Assembly (NCBI GenBank): GCA_035353815.1 | Contig: DAOQAG010000002.1 | Coordinates: 18,130-82,129 of the forward strand | DNA from: a bacterium | GTDB lineage: Bacteria > Zhuqueibacterota > Zhuqueibacteria > Residuimicrobiales > Residuimicrobiaceae | Reading direction: 5' to 3' | Length of the DNA: 64,000 nt | Shown: in pieces, positions 1 through 9,851 of the stretch | Numbering within the stretch: the first letter of the stretch is position 1 | Layout of the letters: every line of letters begins with the position of its first letter | The notes under the pieces: generated by a model | Database searches by the model: none | The model's input: only the letters and a program-made list of their open reading frames with translations | What the model was told of the DNA's origin: nothing | Translations under genes and position numbers: made by a program

Positions 1-40
1 AAATCCGTGCGCGCCCAGTCCATTTTTTTACGTGCTTCGA

Positions 41-1126
41 TCATCTTATTTTGAAAGTGGTTAGAGTCAACAGTGCCAGAATAATGCCCACGATCCAGAA
101 GCGGGTGACCACCTTGGGTTCGGCCCAGCCGCTGAGTTCGAAGTGGTGGTGGATCGGAGCCATTCGGAAGATCCTCCGGCCGGTCCGTTTGTAATGGCCG
201 ACCTGGAGGATCACCGAAAGGCTCTCGATCACGAAAATGGCGCAGATCAGCAGGAGGAGGAGCTCCTTTTTGACCAGCACCGCTACAGTACCGATAGCGC
301 CGCCCAGCGCGAGGGCGCCCGTATCGCCCATAAAGACCTGCGCCGGATAGGCGTTGTACCAAAGAAAGCCGAGAGAGGCACCGAAAAGCGCCGCGCAAAA
401 GACCGCCAGCTCGCCGGCCTCAGGGAGGTAAATGATATTGAGATAATCGCTGAAATCGACGCGGCCGGTGACGTAGGCGATGAGGCCAAAGGCAGTCGCG
501 GCGATGGCGATCAGGCCGATAAGAAGCCCATCCAATCCGTCCGTCAAATTGGAGCCATTGGACATGGCGGTGATGACAAAGGCGACAATGAAGATATAGA
601 AAATGCCGAACTCCAGCTCAAAGTTCTTGAGAAAGGGGATGGTGGTCGAGGAGCGTTCGGCGGCTACCGTCGGCAGAAAATAGACGACCAGGCCGACGAA
701 CAGACCGATCGTGACCTGACCGGCCAGCTTGTAGCGTCCGATCAGCCCCTTGGGCATTTTTTTGACGATCTTGAGGTAATCGTCCAGCAAACCCAGCATG
801 CCCAGCCACAGGGTGACGATCATGACGACCCAGACACAGGTTTCGCCGACCTTGGCCAGAAGCAGGGTGGGCAGCAGGGTGCTGACCAGGATCAGTATGC
901 CACCCATACTTGGCGTCCCACGCTTGCTGAGATGCGTTTGTGGTCCGTCCGCGCGCACCTCTTCGCCGATCTGCATTTCGCGCAACTTGCGGATCAGGGC
1001 CGGCCCGATGAGCAGACTCAGAAGCAGGGCCAGGAGCGCTGCGCTCGCCGCACGAAAAGAGATATAGCGGAAGAGATTGAAAATGATGAAATCTTCCTTC
1101 AAGGGCGCCAGCAAGTAGTACAGCAT
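41..1126 (-). CDS. mraY: Phospho-N-acetylmuramoyl-pentapeptide transferase MraY
   Basis: The 361-aa polytopic membrane protein has an N-terminus 'MLYYLLAPLKEDF..FRYISFRAA' and a D-rich cytoplasmic loop typical of MraY. It sits in a dcw cluster immediately downstream of murF on the minus strand. Confidence 0.88.
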   Translation of the reverse strand: MLYYLLAPLKEDFIIFNLFRYISFRAASAALLALLLSLLIGPALIRKLREMQIGEEVRADGPQTHLSKRGTPSMGGILILVSTLLPTLLLAKVGETCVWVVMIVTLWLGMLGLLDDYLKIVKKMPKGLIGRYKLAGQVTIGLFVGLVVYFLPTVAAERSSTTIPFLKNFELEFGIFYIFIVAFVITAMSNGSNLTDGLDGLLIGLIAIAATAFGLIAYVTGRVDFSDYLNIIYLPEAGELAVFCAALFGASLGFLWYNAYPAQVFMGDTGALALGGAIGTVAVLVKKELLLLLICAIFVIESLSVILQVGHYKRTGRRIFRMAPIHHHFELSGWAEPKVVTRFWIVGIILALLTLTTFKIR

Positions 1127-1137
1127 GAGTCCATCCG

Positions 1138-2541
1138 CTATTTAGAATGATTCGTCAGATGACGCTGAGCCGCCGCCACCAGGGTCTCCATGCGCATGCC
1201 CCGGGAGCCTTTAAAGAGGAGGACATCGCCGGGCTGGATCGCCGCATGGAGGGCCTCTTCCAGCTCCGGTTTGGCGGCGAAATGGCGCGCCGCCAGGCCG
1301 ACTTCTCCGGCCCGCTCGAGGGTGGCGATGGTTTCATGCCCGTAAAGCCAGAGAGCGTCGATATGGAGCCCGGCCGCCAGATCGGCGAGCTTGCGATGTT
1401 CGTCGGTGGAATAGCTGCCAAGTTCGAGCATGTCGCCCAGGATCGCAAAACGCCGGCCCTGGCCTGGCAGGGCGAAATCGGCCAGGGTCTGGAGGGCGGC
1501 GGCGCAGCTGCCGGGATTGGCATTATAGGTGTCGTTCATCAGTACGACGCCGCCGCAGCGCAGGAGCGCCATGCGCTGGTCCACGGCGGTCAACGCCGCC
1601 AGGCCCGCAGCGATTTCCTCAGGCTTCAGCGCGAACTGCACGCCCACCGCCGCTGCCGCCAGGCTGTTGCCGACATGATGGCGTCCGCTTACCGGCAGCT
1701 TGATCTCCTGCCCGAGCAGGCGCAGGCTGTAGCAGGCCTCCTCATCGCAGCCGAGGATTTCGGCGCGGAGATCGGCGGGGTGTTCGAGCCCGTACGAGAA
1801 GGTCCGCGTCAGCGGGTAGTTGCGGTTGCGCAGGATCGGGTCGTCGGCGTTATAGAGGGCGAGGCCGTCCGGCTGGCAGTGATTAAAGATCTCGAACTTG
1901 GCGCGGGCGACGCCGGCCAGGTCGTTGAAAAACTCGAGATGGGCGAAGCCGATATTGGTGATCATCGCCATGGCGGGCTTGACCAGGCTGCCGAGCAGAT
2001 CGAGTTCGCCATAATGATTGGTACCCAGTTCGGTGACGAGAATCTCGTGCTCATCGCGCAGGGCCAGAAGCGTCAGGGGAACGCCGATATGGTTGTTGTA
2101 GGATTTGGCGTTGCGCAGGACGCGAAAGCGCTGGGACAGGACGGCATGGATCGCCTCCTTGGTGGAGGTCTTGCCGACGCTGCCGGTCACGGCGATCACC
2201 GGCAATGAAAAGGTGTCGCGGTAGTGTGCTGCGGCGCTCTGGAGGCCCTTGAGGGGATCCGGGAGGACGATGAGGCGCGCCGTGTCAAGATCTCTACTCT
2301 GGGCTTCGCGCCAGGATTCAGCGACCATCGCCGCCGCGCCGCCGGCGGCGAGGAAGGGGCGGACATAGTCATGGCCGTCGAACCGCTCGCCCTTGAGGGC
2401 GACAAAGAGATCGTCGCTCCCGGCCGTGCGCGAGTCCGTGGAGACGCCGCCGAGGCGGCGCGGCAGCTGCTCCGGAGTCCCGGTCCAGCGGCCGCCGGTC
2501 CAGCGCGCGATGTTGGCCAATATCAAGTCCGCGTACGCCAT
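1138..2541 (-). CDS. murF: UDP-N-acetylmuramoyl-tripeptide--D-alanyl-D-alanine ligase MurF
   Basis: Mur ligase P-loop 'VTGSVGKTSTKE', 'NNHIGVPLTLL', 'ELGTNHYGE', 'NDTYNANPGS' and a C-terminal 'FKGSRGMRMETL' match MurF rather than MurE (no DNPR motif). The gene overlaps the ftsI stop. Confidence 0.88.
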   Translation of the reverse strand: MAYADLILANIARWTGGRWTGTPEQLPRRLGGVSTDSRTAGSDDLFVALKGERFDGHDYVRPFLAAGGAAAMVAESWREAQSRDLDTARLIVLPDPLKGLQSAAAHYRDTFSLPVIAVTGSVGKTSTKEAIHAVLSQRFRVLRNAKSYNNHIGVPLTLLALRDEHEILVTELGTNHYGELDLLGSLVKPAMAMITNIGFAHLEFFNDLAGVARAKFEIFNHCQPDGLALYNADDPILRNRNYPLTRTFSYGLEHPADLRAEILGCDEEACYSLRLLGQEIKLPVSGRHHVGNSLAAAAVGVQFALKPEEIAAGLAALTAVDQRMALLRCGGVVLMNDTYNANPGSCAAALQTLADFALPGQGRRFAILGDMLELGSYSTDEHRKLADLAAGLHIDALWLYGHETIATLERAGEVGLAARHFAAKPELEEALHAAIQPGDVLLFKGSRGMRMETLVAAAQRHLTNHSK

Positions 2542-2548
2542 GGTCTAC

Positions 2549-4699
2549 TCAGAATATCAAAAGTTTTCTCAGATCGATGGAGGATTCGCAAACCAGCAGC
2601 ACCTGATCGCCGGGGTGCGCCTGACGTCCCGCCGGCGGCTGCTGCGAAACCACCTTGCCGCTGCCGCTGACCACCGCGGTGATGCCCTCAGCCGCGAGGA
2701 CATTGACCGCGTTGCGGATGGGCAAGCCGGTCACGCGCGGCACCAGGCGCCGGGCCGTTTCGCCGGAATTTTCCCGGCAAACCAGGCGGATGGTGGCGGG
2801 AATTTCGATCTCCACGCCGGCCTTGGGCTGTTGCTCGACGACCACCCCCTGGCGGCCGGCAATATCCAGCTCGAGGTTAAGATCCCCCGCCATTTGCACC
2901 GCGGCAGCCCGATTGAAACCGATAAAGTTGGGCACGATCCTGCGGTCCTGTTTGACAAATTTCAGATCCAACTCTTGACCCTCCTCCGCCTCCACATCAA
3001 CCCCTCTCTGGAACAGGATCTGCTGTGAAATACGCTTGAAGCACGGCGCAGCAACATCTCCTCCCAGATAGCTCCCTTTGGGATTGTCAATCATCACGTA
3101 GATCACCACTTCCGGCTGCTCCTTCGGGAAAAAACCCCCAAAGTTGGCAATATACTGCCCCATGATATAGCCGCCGCCGCCGCTGCGCACCATGCGCGCC
3201 GTCCCGGTCTTGCCGCACACCGTGAGGCCTTCGAGCTGGGCCTTTTTGGCCGTGCCCTCTTTCACCACATCCGCCATCATCTCCTTGAGCATCGCCGCGG
3301 TCTCGACGGAAATAACCCGGCGGATCGCTTTGGGACGGTTCCGCTCCTGTACATGCCCCCGGGCATCCTGGATCTCGCGGATCGCATAGGGGGCGAGCAG
3401 GGTGCCGCCGTTGGCAATCGTACAGAAGAGATTGGCCATCTGCAGGGGCGTCACCGCGATCTCATGCCCGAAGGACATGGCATAAGGCGTGTATCCCGAC
3501 CATTGCGACATATCGCGCAGCTGACCGCCGGCCTCCCCTTCCAGCCCGACCCCGGTCCGTGCCCCAAATCCAAAATCACGCGCATAGCGGTAGACGATGC
3601 TCTTGTCCTGGTCCCGGATCGATTTGGCCATGCCGATATTGGAGGACTTGACGATCACATCGTGCATCGTCAGCATGCCGTAGGGATGAACATCATGGAT
3701 CGTCTCCCCCATCACCTTCCACTCGCCGTTTTCGCAAAAGATCTTGTCCGTGGGGCGATAGATCCCCTCGTTGAGCAGCCCGGCCATGGTCACCAGCTTG
3801 AAGGTGGAACCCGCCTCAAACTGGTCGGTGATAGCGCGCAGCCGGTACGAGGAGGGGGAGTATTTGCCATAGGCGTTGGGATTGAACCCCGGCTCCGACG
3901 CCATGGCCAGAATCTCGGCCGTCCGGGGATCCATGATGATGACGACGCCACTATCGGCGTTGGTCTCCTGCAGGGTGCGGCGCAACTCCCGGTGGGCAAT
4001 GCTCTGATAGGCGGCGTCGATCGTCAGAACGACATGGCCGCCGGCTTCGGCCTGCTGCATCGGGTAATCGGGATGATAAAAAGTGTATTGATTGCCCACG
4101 GCCGTCTTTTGCTTGACGGCATAGCCCGGCACCCCGTACAGCACCGACTCGAAGCGTTTCTCGACACCGCTGATGCCATGTCCGTCCGCATCCATAAAAC
4201 CGAGAATCTGGCTGCCGACCTCGCCCATCGGATACTGACGCGCGTACTCCTTGATGATGCTGACGCCCTGCAGCCCCAGAGACTCCACGGCAAGACCGGT
4301 CTGTCGCGACTCGCGCCGCGCGAGGTAACCGAAGGAGCGATCCTTGCGCAGCTTGGCCTGCAGCGTCGCAGAGGAGATTCCGAGCACACGGCTCAGCTTG
4401 CGCGCCGTTGTACCGGGATGGACGATGCGCAGCGGGTATGCACCGATCGAAACCGAGGGGACATTGATCGCCAGCGGCCGCATGCGGCGGTCATAGATGG
4501 TGCCGCGAACCGGATCGAGCCGGACCTCCTGCAGATACTGCTTCTCAGCGAGCAATTCGAATTTCTCCCGCATAAAGACTTCGATATAGAGCAGGCGCGC
4601 GATCAGAATCAGGATAAAAAAATAGAGCAGCCGGTAGTACAGATGCAGCCGCGACTGATCCTGACGCTGCTGTTGGGTGCGGTTATGGGTATAGTTCAT
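2549..4699 (-). CDS. ftsI: Peptidoglycan D,D-transpeptidase FtsI / PBP with two C-terminal PASTA domains
   Basis: The protein has an N-terminal TM anchor and dimerisation region, then a transpeptidase domain with 'STFK', 'SSN' and 'KTGTA' motifs. Two PASTA-like repeats follow ('VPNFIGFNRAAAV...', 'VPRVTGLPIRNAVNVL...'). The position between ftsL and murF fits a dcw cluster. Confidence 0.85.
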   Translation of the reverse strand: MNYTHNRTQQQRQDQSRLHLYYRLLYFFILILIARLLYIEVFMREKFELLAEKQYLQEVRLDPVRGTIYDRRMRPLAINVPSVSIGAYPLRIVHPGTTARKLSRVLGISSATLQAKLRKDRSFGYLARRESRQTGLAVESLGLQGVSIIKEYARQYPMGEVGSQILGFMDADGHGISGVEKRFESVLYGVPGYAVKQKTAVGNQYTFYHPDYPMQQAEAGGHVVLTIDAAYQSIAHRELRRTLQETNADSGVVIIMDPRTAEILAMASEPGFNPNAYGKYSPSSYRLRAITDQFEAGSTFKLVTMAGLLNEGIYRPTDKIFCENGEWKVMGETIHDVHPYGMLTMHDVIVKSSNIGMAKSIRDQDKSIVYRYARDFGFGARTGVGLEGEAGGQLRDMSQWSGYTPYAMSFGHEIAVTPLQMANLFCTIANGGTLLAPYAIREIQDARGHVQERNRPKAIRRVISVETAAMLKEMMADVVKEGTAKKAQLEGLTVCGKTGTARMVRSGGGGYIMGQYIANFGGFFPKEQPEVVIYVMIDNPKGSYLGGDVAAPCFKRISQQILFQRGVDVEAEEGQELDLKFVKQDRRIVPNFIGFNRAAAVQMAGDLNLELDIAGRQGVVVEQQPKAGVEIEIPATIRLVCRENSGETARRLVPRVTGLPIRNAVNVLAAEGITAVVSGSGKVVSQQPPAGRQAHPGDQVLLVCESSIDLRKLLIF

Positions 4700-4741
4700 G
4701 GCAAGTCAGCACTTCCGCGTCTTACGCCCCGGCCCGGCCGG

Positions 4742-5098
4742 TCAGCGCTGCCAATCATCCAGAATATCCACGATTTTATCGATGATGTTTTTCTCTTTGA
4801 GCCGGAGCGTGGGCACAGGTACCAAACGGAGATCGCGCCGGGCCAATTCGTCCATACGCTGCATCGAGCGCAGCTCGTCGATGTGCACTTCCAACAGCGC
4901 ATTCTCTCCCTGCAGGGTGAGCAGTTGCTGCTGCAGCTCGCCGTTGCGCCGCAGTTGATGATCCACATTCACCTTCTGCCACACCTTCATAAAAACCAGC
5001 AAGGCGATGATCCCGAGAACGATAAATACCTGCTCGCGGTTGCGCAGGTATTGGCTCTTGTGCGGCCGGGAATGATATCGGGTGCTGGCCATACGCAT
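4742..5098 (-). CDS. ftsL: Cell division protein FtsL-like
   Basis: This small protein has a single TM helix ('VFIVLGIIALLVFM') followed by a coiled-coil/leucine-zipper region. It lies between rsmH and ftsI, the canonical FtsL position. Confidence 0.6.
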   Translation of the reverse strand: MRMASTRYHSRPHKSQYLRNREQVFIVLGIIALLVFMKVWQKVNVDHQLRRNGELQQQLLTLQGENALLEVHIDELRSMQRMDELARRDLRLVPVPTLRLKEKNIIDKIVDILDDWQR

Positions 5099-5102
5099 GG
5101 GA

Positions 5103-6035
5103 TCAGGCCTTCTGCAGTTTTTCAGCCACGCGCAGCTTGGCGGAACGCGCGCTCGGGTTCAGGGCCACTTCCGCCGCGGTGGGCACCACCATTTTGCCGA
5201 TTATCTTCAGGGCCGGCACCGCACCACAGACACACATCGGCAACTTCGGGGGACAAATGCAGGGATTGGCCTGCTCGCGCAAGTACTCCTTGACGATCCG
5301 GTCTTCGAGAGAATGGAAAGAGATCACCGCGAGCCGGCCTCCCGGGCGCAGGGCTGCCAGCGCCTGCGGCAGAAACGCCTTGAGATTGTTCAATTCATCG
5401 TTGACAAAGATGCGCAAGCTTTGGAACATACGGGCGCAGCTTTTGATGCCGAAGGGTCCCGGCACGATCGCGCGAACGATCGCGGCCAGCTGCCCGGTGC
5501 GCTCGATCGGGCTTTTGCTGCGCGCGCGCACGATGGCCCTGGCGATCCGCTGCCAGGCGCGTTCCTCGCCCAGGGTACGGATGATCTCGCCGAGCCTGCG
5601 CTCGTCAAATTCATTGACGACCGTGGCGGCGCTGATTCCGCTTTGCGGATCCATTTGCATGGATAGCGGCCCATCGGCGGAAAACATAAATCCCTTCTCC
5701 GGATCAGTGATTTGCAGGGTGGAAATACCCAGGTCGGCGAGAATGGCATCCACATGGCCCCGATCGGAATCAGCCAGAAGGGTCTCGAGATCGCGAAAAT
5801 TCCCGTGCACAACCTGGAATCGATCTGTGTAACTGGCCAGCCGCTGCCGCAGCCTCCGCAAGGCCTCAGGATCTCTGTCGATGCCCACAACCCGTCCCGC
5901 GGACGGCATCGTCTGCAGAAACGCCTGCAGATGACCGCCGTCGCCGGCCGTTACATCATAGACCAGCCCGGCCTGGTGGATCCGGAGCAGCTCCAGGATC
6001 TCCCGGACCATGATCGACTGGTGATACCCTTCCAT
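5103..6035 (-). CDS. rsmH: 16S rRNA (cytosine1402-N4)-methyltransferase RsmH (MraW)
   Basis: The N-terminus 'MEGYHQSIMVREILELL..VYDVTAGDGGHLQAF' carries a SAM-binding motif and there is a 'DLGISTLQ' motif. The ORF track shows a 64-codon upstream extension that is probably not translated; ATG 6035 was chosen. Confidence 0.85.
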   Translation of the reverse strand: MEGYHQSIMVREILELLRIHQAGLVYDVTAGDGGHLQAFLQTMPSAGRVVGIDRDPEALRRLRQRLASYTDRFQVVHGNFRDLETLLADSDRGHVDAILADLGISTLQITDPEKGFMFSADGPLSMQMDPQSGISAATVVNEFDERRLGEIIRTLGEERAWQRIARAIVRARSKSPIERTGQLAAIVRAIVPGPFGIKSCARMFQSLRIFVNDELNNLKAFLPQALAALRPGGRLAVISFHSLEDRIVKEYLREQANPCICPPKLPMCVCGAVPALKIIGKMVVPTAAEVALNPSARSAKLRVAEKLQKA

Positions 6036-6051
6036 GGCACCTCCCCGCAGC

Positions 6052-6531
6052 TCAATTGGACTCCGGGGAGGATGAACCCGACGCGCCGAGTGATATCCGG
6101 CTGAAAATGGCCTGGATGGTCTCCTCGCTCGCCCGGGCATCTTCCTGATAGAGCGCCGGGTTCCAGATCTCAAAGACCTCTCCACACCCCACCACCAGAA
6201 CCTCGCCATCAGCAGGCAGCTCGGCATATGCTACCAGATTCTCCGGAAGGATCAGCCGCCGCTGCTTGTCGAGTTCGCAATCCGATGCAGCACCGATGAT
6301 ATGGCGCTTCATTATTTGCTTGGATTTCTCATCTACATTTAATTTATTTAAGGAGGAAACCAGGGCCTTCCATTCGTCCCGGTAGTACCCGGTCAGGCAT
6401 TTGCCGATGCCGCGGGTGATCTTGATCCGATCGCGCAGGAGGTCTTCCTGCGAATAATAGAGCTTCGCCGGCAGCGCAAAGCGCCGGTTGGCATCCAGCG
6501 TGATCGTATAGGAACCGGAAAGTTCGGCCAT
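6052..6531 (-). CDS. mraZ: Transcriptional regulator MraZ
   Basis: The duplicated MraZ/SpoVT-AbrB fold shows two 'DxxxR'-type repeats ('LDANRRFALP', 'LDKQRRLILP'). It is the first gene of the dcw cluster and is preceded by an AT-rich promoter region. Confidence 0.85.
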   Translation of the reverse strand: MAELSGSYTITLDANRRFALPAKLYYSQEDLLRDRIKITRGIGKCLTGYYRDEWKALVSSLNKLNVDEKSKQIMKRHIIGAASDCELDKQRRLILPENLVAYAELPADGEVLVVGCGEVFEIWNPALYQEDARASEETIQAIFSRISLGASGSSSPESN

Positions 6532-6785
6532 GGTTCGTTGCCACCCCAAACAGAAAGGGATGATCTCCTAAAAAAGCCTAAAAGTAGCAGTAAATCTCCA
6601 AAAACAACCATTTCTTACCATAAGATAGCTTATTAGCTGTTAAAAATCAAGCAAAAAAAGCATATTCGTGCTTTTTTTTGCCCCCCGGGGGATGCTCCAT
6701 CCGGCCATCCGCATGGCGGTTATCTCGTATATTCTCAAAAGCCTATCGTAACGGCAGCTTTTCTGCCAGACCAGGGAGTCCTTTC

Positions 6786-9644
6786 ATGCCCTCTCGTCGT
6801 CAGTCCCTGACGCTCCTCCTGCTTTTCACCGCTGCCGCCGCTGCAACACCCTTGCGTCTGCCCTGCGAGCGCTACCAGCTCGGCAACGGCCTGGAGGTGA
6901 TCCTGCATCAGGACCATTCCGATCCGGTGGTTGCGGTGGCCCTCCAGTATCACGTCGGCTCCAATCGCGAGGTTGCCGGCCGCACCGGTTTCGCCCATCT
7001 CTTCGAGCACATGATGTTTCAGGAGTCGGAGCATGTCGGGCAGGACCAGTTTTTCAAAAAGATCCAGGGCGCCGGGGGGGAGCTCAACGGCGGCACCAAT
7101 GCCGACGGCACGGTCTACTTTGAAACGGTGCCGCGCAACGCCCTGGAGATGGTCCTCTGGCTCGAATCCGACCGTATGGGGTGGCTGTTGAGCACAGTCA
7201 CCGCGGCGGCCCTGGCCAACCAGCAAGGCGTTGTCCAGAATGAAAAACGGCAGAACTATGACAACCGCCCCTACGGGCAAACCAGCTATATCATCGGCAA
7301 GCTGCTCTACCCTGCCGGGCATCCCTACAGCCGCGAGGTGATCGGCGAGATGGCGGATCTGCGCAACGCCACCCTGGCCGATGTGCACGACTTTTATAAA
7401 CATTGGTACGGGCCGGGCAACGCCACGCTGGTCGTAGCCGGGGATTTCGAGCCCAGCCAGACCCGCACCTGGATCGAAACGTATTTCGCGGAAATTCCGG
7501 CCCGGCCGGAGGTGCAGCCGCTCCCGCCGATGGCGGTCCGGCTGGAGAGCAGCCACCGTGCCAAGTATGAGGATGGCTTTATCCGCTCCCCCGAGCTGAC
7601 GATGGTTTTCCCCACCGTCCAGCGCCTCACCCGGGAGGGGCATGCCCTGGATTTTCTCGCGGAACTGCTCGCCGGAAACAAGAAATCGCCGCTGTACCAG
7701 GTACTGGTCGAAGAGGAAAAACTGGCCCCATCGGTGCGGGCCTGGCAGTCGAGCCAGGAAATCGCCGGGACCTTTTCCATCCGGGTGCGCGCGTTTCCGG
7801 AGGTCGAACTCGGACGCGTCGAAGCGGCGATCCAGCGCGCCCTGGCACGGTTCGAAGCCCGCGGTTTCACCGCCCGCGATCTGGAGCGCTGCAAGGCCGG
7901 CCTGACTACCAGCTGGTACACCCGCATTTCAAGTGTCCTGGGCAAATCGATGCAGCTGGCCTGGTATAATGAATATGCCGGTTCGCCCGACTATATGGCC
8001 ACCGACCTGGAGCAGGCCCAATCGATCACAGCGGCGGAGATCTGGCAGGTCTACACCACCTATATCAAGACGAGACCCTTTGTCCTGACGAGTTTCGTGC
8101 CCAAAGGCCGCAGCGATCTCGCCGCCCCGGCCTCCCTCCCCTTCACGATTCCGGAGGATCCCGGCGCTGCTGCCGCCGCAGCCTCCCTCCCTGTGGCGAT
8201 CCCGCAGGACCCCGCCGCCTCTGCCAGCGCCACCACAGCTGCTGCAGCCAAGCCCGCCGACAGCCCCGCGCCATCCCGCTTCGATCGCGCCCTTGAGCCT
8301 GCTCCCGGCCCCGAGCCCTCGCTCCATGCGCTCCCGGTCTGGCGGCAGCAACTCGACAACGGCATGACCCTCTCCGGCATTACCCAGCGTGAGCTGCCGC
8401 TGCTCCAGGCGGCGCTGACACTCAAGGGCGGCGCGCTTCTGGACGCCGCGGGCAAGGAGGGTACGGCCTCTCTCCTCGCCCGCCTGATGATGGAGGGGAC
8501 GCGGACGAAAACGCCCGTCGAGCTCGAAGAGGCGATCGCCGATCTGGGCGCGACGATCTCAGTGGCCGCCTCCGCCGAAGCCATCACCATCAGCGCCACT
8601 TCGCTCTCCGCCCGCTGGCCGGCGGTGATGGCGCTGATGGCCGAGATCCTCCTCGAACCGCGCTGGGATGAAAAGGAATTGGCCCGCCTCCGCCAAGAGG
8701 CTGCGGAAAATATCCAGCGCAGCCAAAGCAATCCTGCCACGGTCGCCAACCAGGTCATCAACCGCCTCCTCTACGGGGAGAGTCATCCTCTCTCACGGCC
8801 GGTGGAGGGCACCGCCGCGAGTGTGCACGCCTTGAGCCTGAGCGATCTGCAGGCCTACTATCGGGACCATGTCAGCCCGTGGCAGGCCCATCTGGCGATC
8901 GCCGGCGACATCGATGCGCACCAGGTTGACAAAACCCTGCGCACCCTCGAGAAACGCTGGAAGGGCGAAGAATCCGAACCGCCGCTGCCGCCTGCGCCAG
9001 CACCCGGCCAGCAAGCCCGCCTCTATTTCATTGATTTCCCGGGAGCGAAGCAATCCGAGGTACGCGTTGGGCATCTTGCCCTTTCCGCGCGGGACGCGGA
9101 TTATTTTCCGGCCACGGTAATGAACTACAGGCTCGGGGGATCGTTCAACGGCCTCCTCAACCTGATTCTGCGCGAAGAGAAGGGTTTCACCTATGGGGCG
9201 CGGTCGCGTTTCAGCGGCGGGATGGGCCCCGGGACCTTTATGGTCACGACGAGCGTCCAGTCCGGCGCGACGCTCGAGACCCTCCGGATCATCCGGGAAG
9301 AGATTCAGCGCTACCGCCAGGGCATCCCCGATGAGGATCTGCGCTTCAGCAAGAGCGCCCAGCTCAAGGCGCATGCACGCAGCTACGAGACGCTGCGGGC
9401 CCAGGTCGGTCTGCTCGAACAGATGGCCTTGTACCATCTGCCGGGGGACTGCATCGAACAGCAGGAGGCCTTTCTCCGCAGCCTCAGTAATTTCCGGCAC
9501 ACGGCCCTGGCACAAAAATATCTCCATCCGGAACAGTTGATCTATCTGGTGGTGGGTGACGCGAACTCCCAGCTGGCATCGCTGCGGGAGCTGGGACTTG
9601 GAGAACCGGTGCGGCTCGACAAGGAGGGTCAGCCGATCCGCTAA
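6786..9644 (+). CDS. M16 family zinc peptidase (two pitrilysin-like halves, secreted)
   Basis: A signal peptide is followed by the inverted zincin motif 'HLFEHMMFQ' (HxxEH) with a downstream Glu. A second, inactive M16-like half follows an Ala/Pro-rich linker. The start was chosen at ATG 6786; the ORF-track start 6678 lacks signal-peptide character. Confidence 0.8.
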   Translation: MPSRRQSLTLLLLFTAAAAATPLRLPCERYQLGNGLEVILHQDHSDPVVAVALQYHVGSNREVAGRTGFAHLFEHMMFQESEHVGQDQFFKKIQGAGGELNGGTNADGTVYFETVPRNALEMVLWLESDRMGWLLSTVTAAALANQQGVVQNEKRQNYDNRPYGQTSYIIGKLLYPAGHPYSREVIGEMADLRNATLADVHDFYKHWYGPGNATLVVAGDFEPSQTRTWIETYFAEIPARPEVQPLPPMAVRLESSHRAKYEDGFIRSPELTMVFPTVQRLTREGHALDFLAELLAGNKKSPLYQVLVEEEKLAPSVRAWQSSQEIAGTFSIRVRAFPEVELGRVEAAIQRALARFEARGFTARDLERCKAGLTTSWYTRISSVLGKSMQLAWYNEYAGSPDYMATDLEQAQSITAAEIWQVYTTYIKTRPFVLTSFVPKGRSDLAAPASLPFTIPEDPGAAAAAASLPVAIPQDPAASASATTAAAAKPADSPAPSRFDRALEPAPGPEPSLHALPVWRQQLDNGMTLSGITQRELPLLQAALTLKGGALLDAAGKEGTASLLARLMMEGTRTKTPVELEEAIADLGATISVAASAEAITISATSLSARWPAVMALMAEILLEPRWDEKELARLRQEAAENIQRSQSNPATVANQVINRLLYGESHPLSRPVEGTAASVHALSLSDLQAYYRDHVSPWQAHLAIAGDIDAHQVDKTLRTLEKRWKGEESEPPLPPAPAPGQQARLYFIDFPGAKQSEVRVGHLALSARDADYFPATVMNYRLGGSFNGLLNLILREEKGFTYGARSRFSGGMGPGTFMVTTSVQSGATLETLRIIREEIQRYRQGIPDEDLRFSKSAQLKAHARSYETLRAQVGLLEQMALYHLPGDCIEQQEAFLRSLSNFRHTALAQKYLHPEQLIYLVVGDANSQLASLRELGLGEPVRLDKEGQPIR

Positions 9645-9794
9645 AAAAAGATCCGCCCTGAAGGCGACTTCAGGTCATCACGCGTGGCCGCGTGCCGGCA
9701 GGAGGATCAGCCGATCCTCCCTCAGATAGAGCCGCCCATGGAGGCGACTCCAGGTCTGCATGTACGGCCGCGTCCAGCAAGAGATCTATGCACC

Positions 9795-9833
9795 AAAAAA
9801 AAGAGCTGTCCATTCGGGCAGCTCTTTTTTTTG
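9795..9833. terminator. Bidirectional intrinsic terminator hairpin (A-run, stem aagagctg/cagctctt, T-run)
   Basis: An 8-bp GC-containing stem with a 10-nt loop is flanked by A8 upstream and T9 downstream. It lies between the convergent M16 peptidase (+) and DUF192-ICMT (-) genes. Confidence 0.7.
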
Positions 9834-9851
9834 GTGCTGTGAGGAGGAGAA

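Noticed and set aside
143-2208. Long plus-strand ORFs (335 and 353 aa) antisense to mraY and murF
   Set aside because: They are low-complexity Asp/Gly/Arg-rich translations with no family motifs. They sit exactly antisense to well-supported genes and are a typical GC-rich shadow-ORF artefact.
3353-5293. 646-aa plus-strand ORF antisense to ftsI and ftsL
   Set aside because: No motifs and Arg/Gly/His-rich composition. The opposite strand encodes clearly recognisable FtsI.
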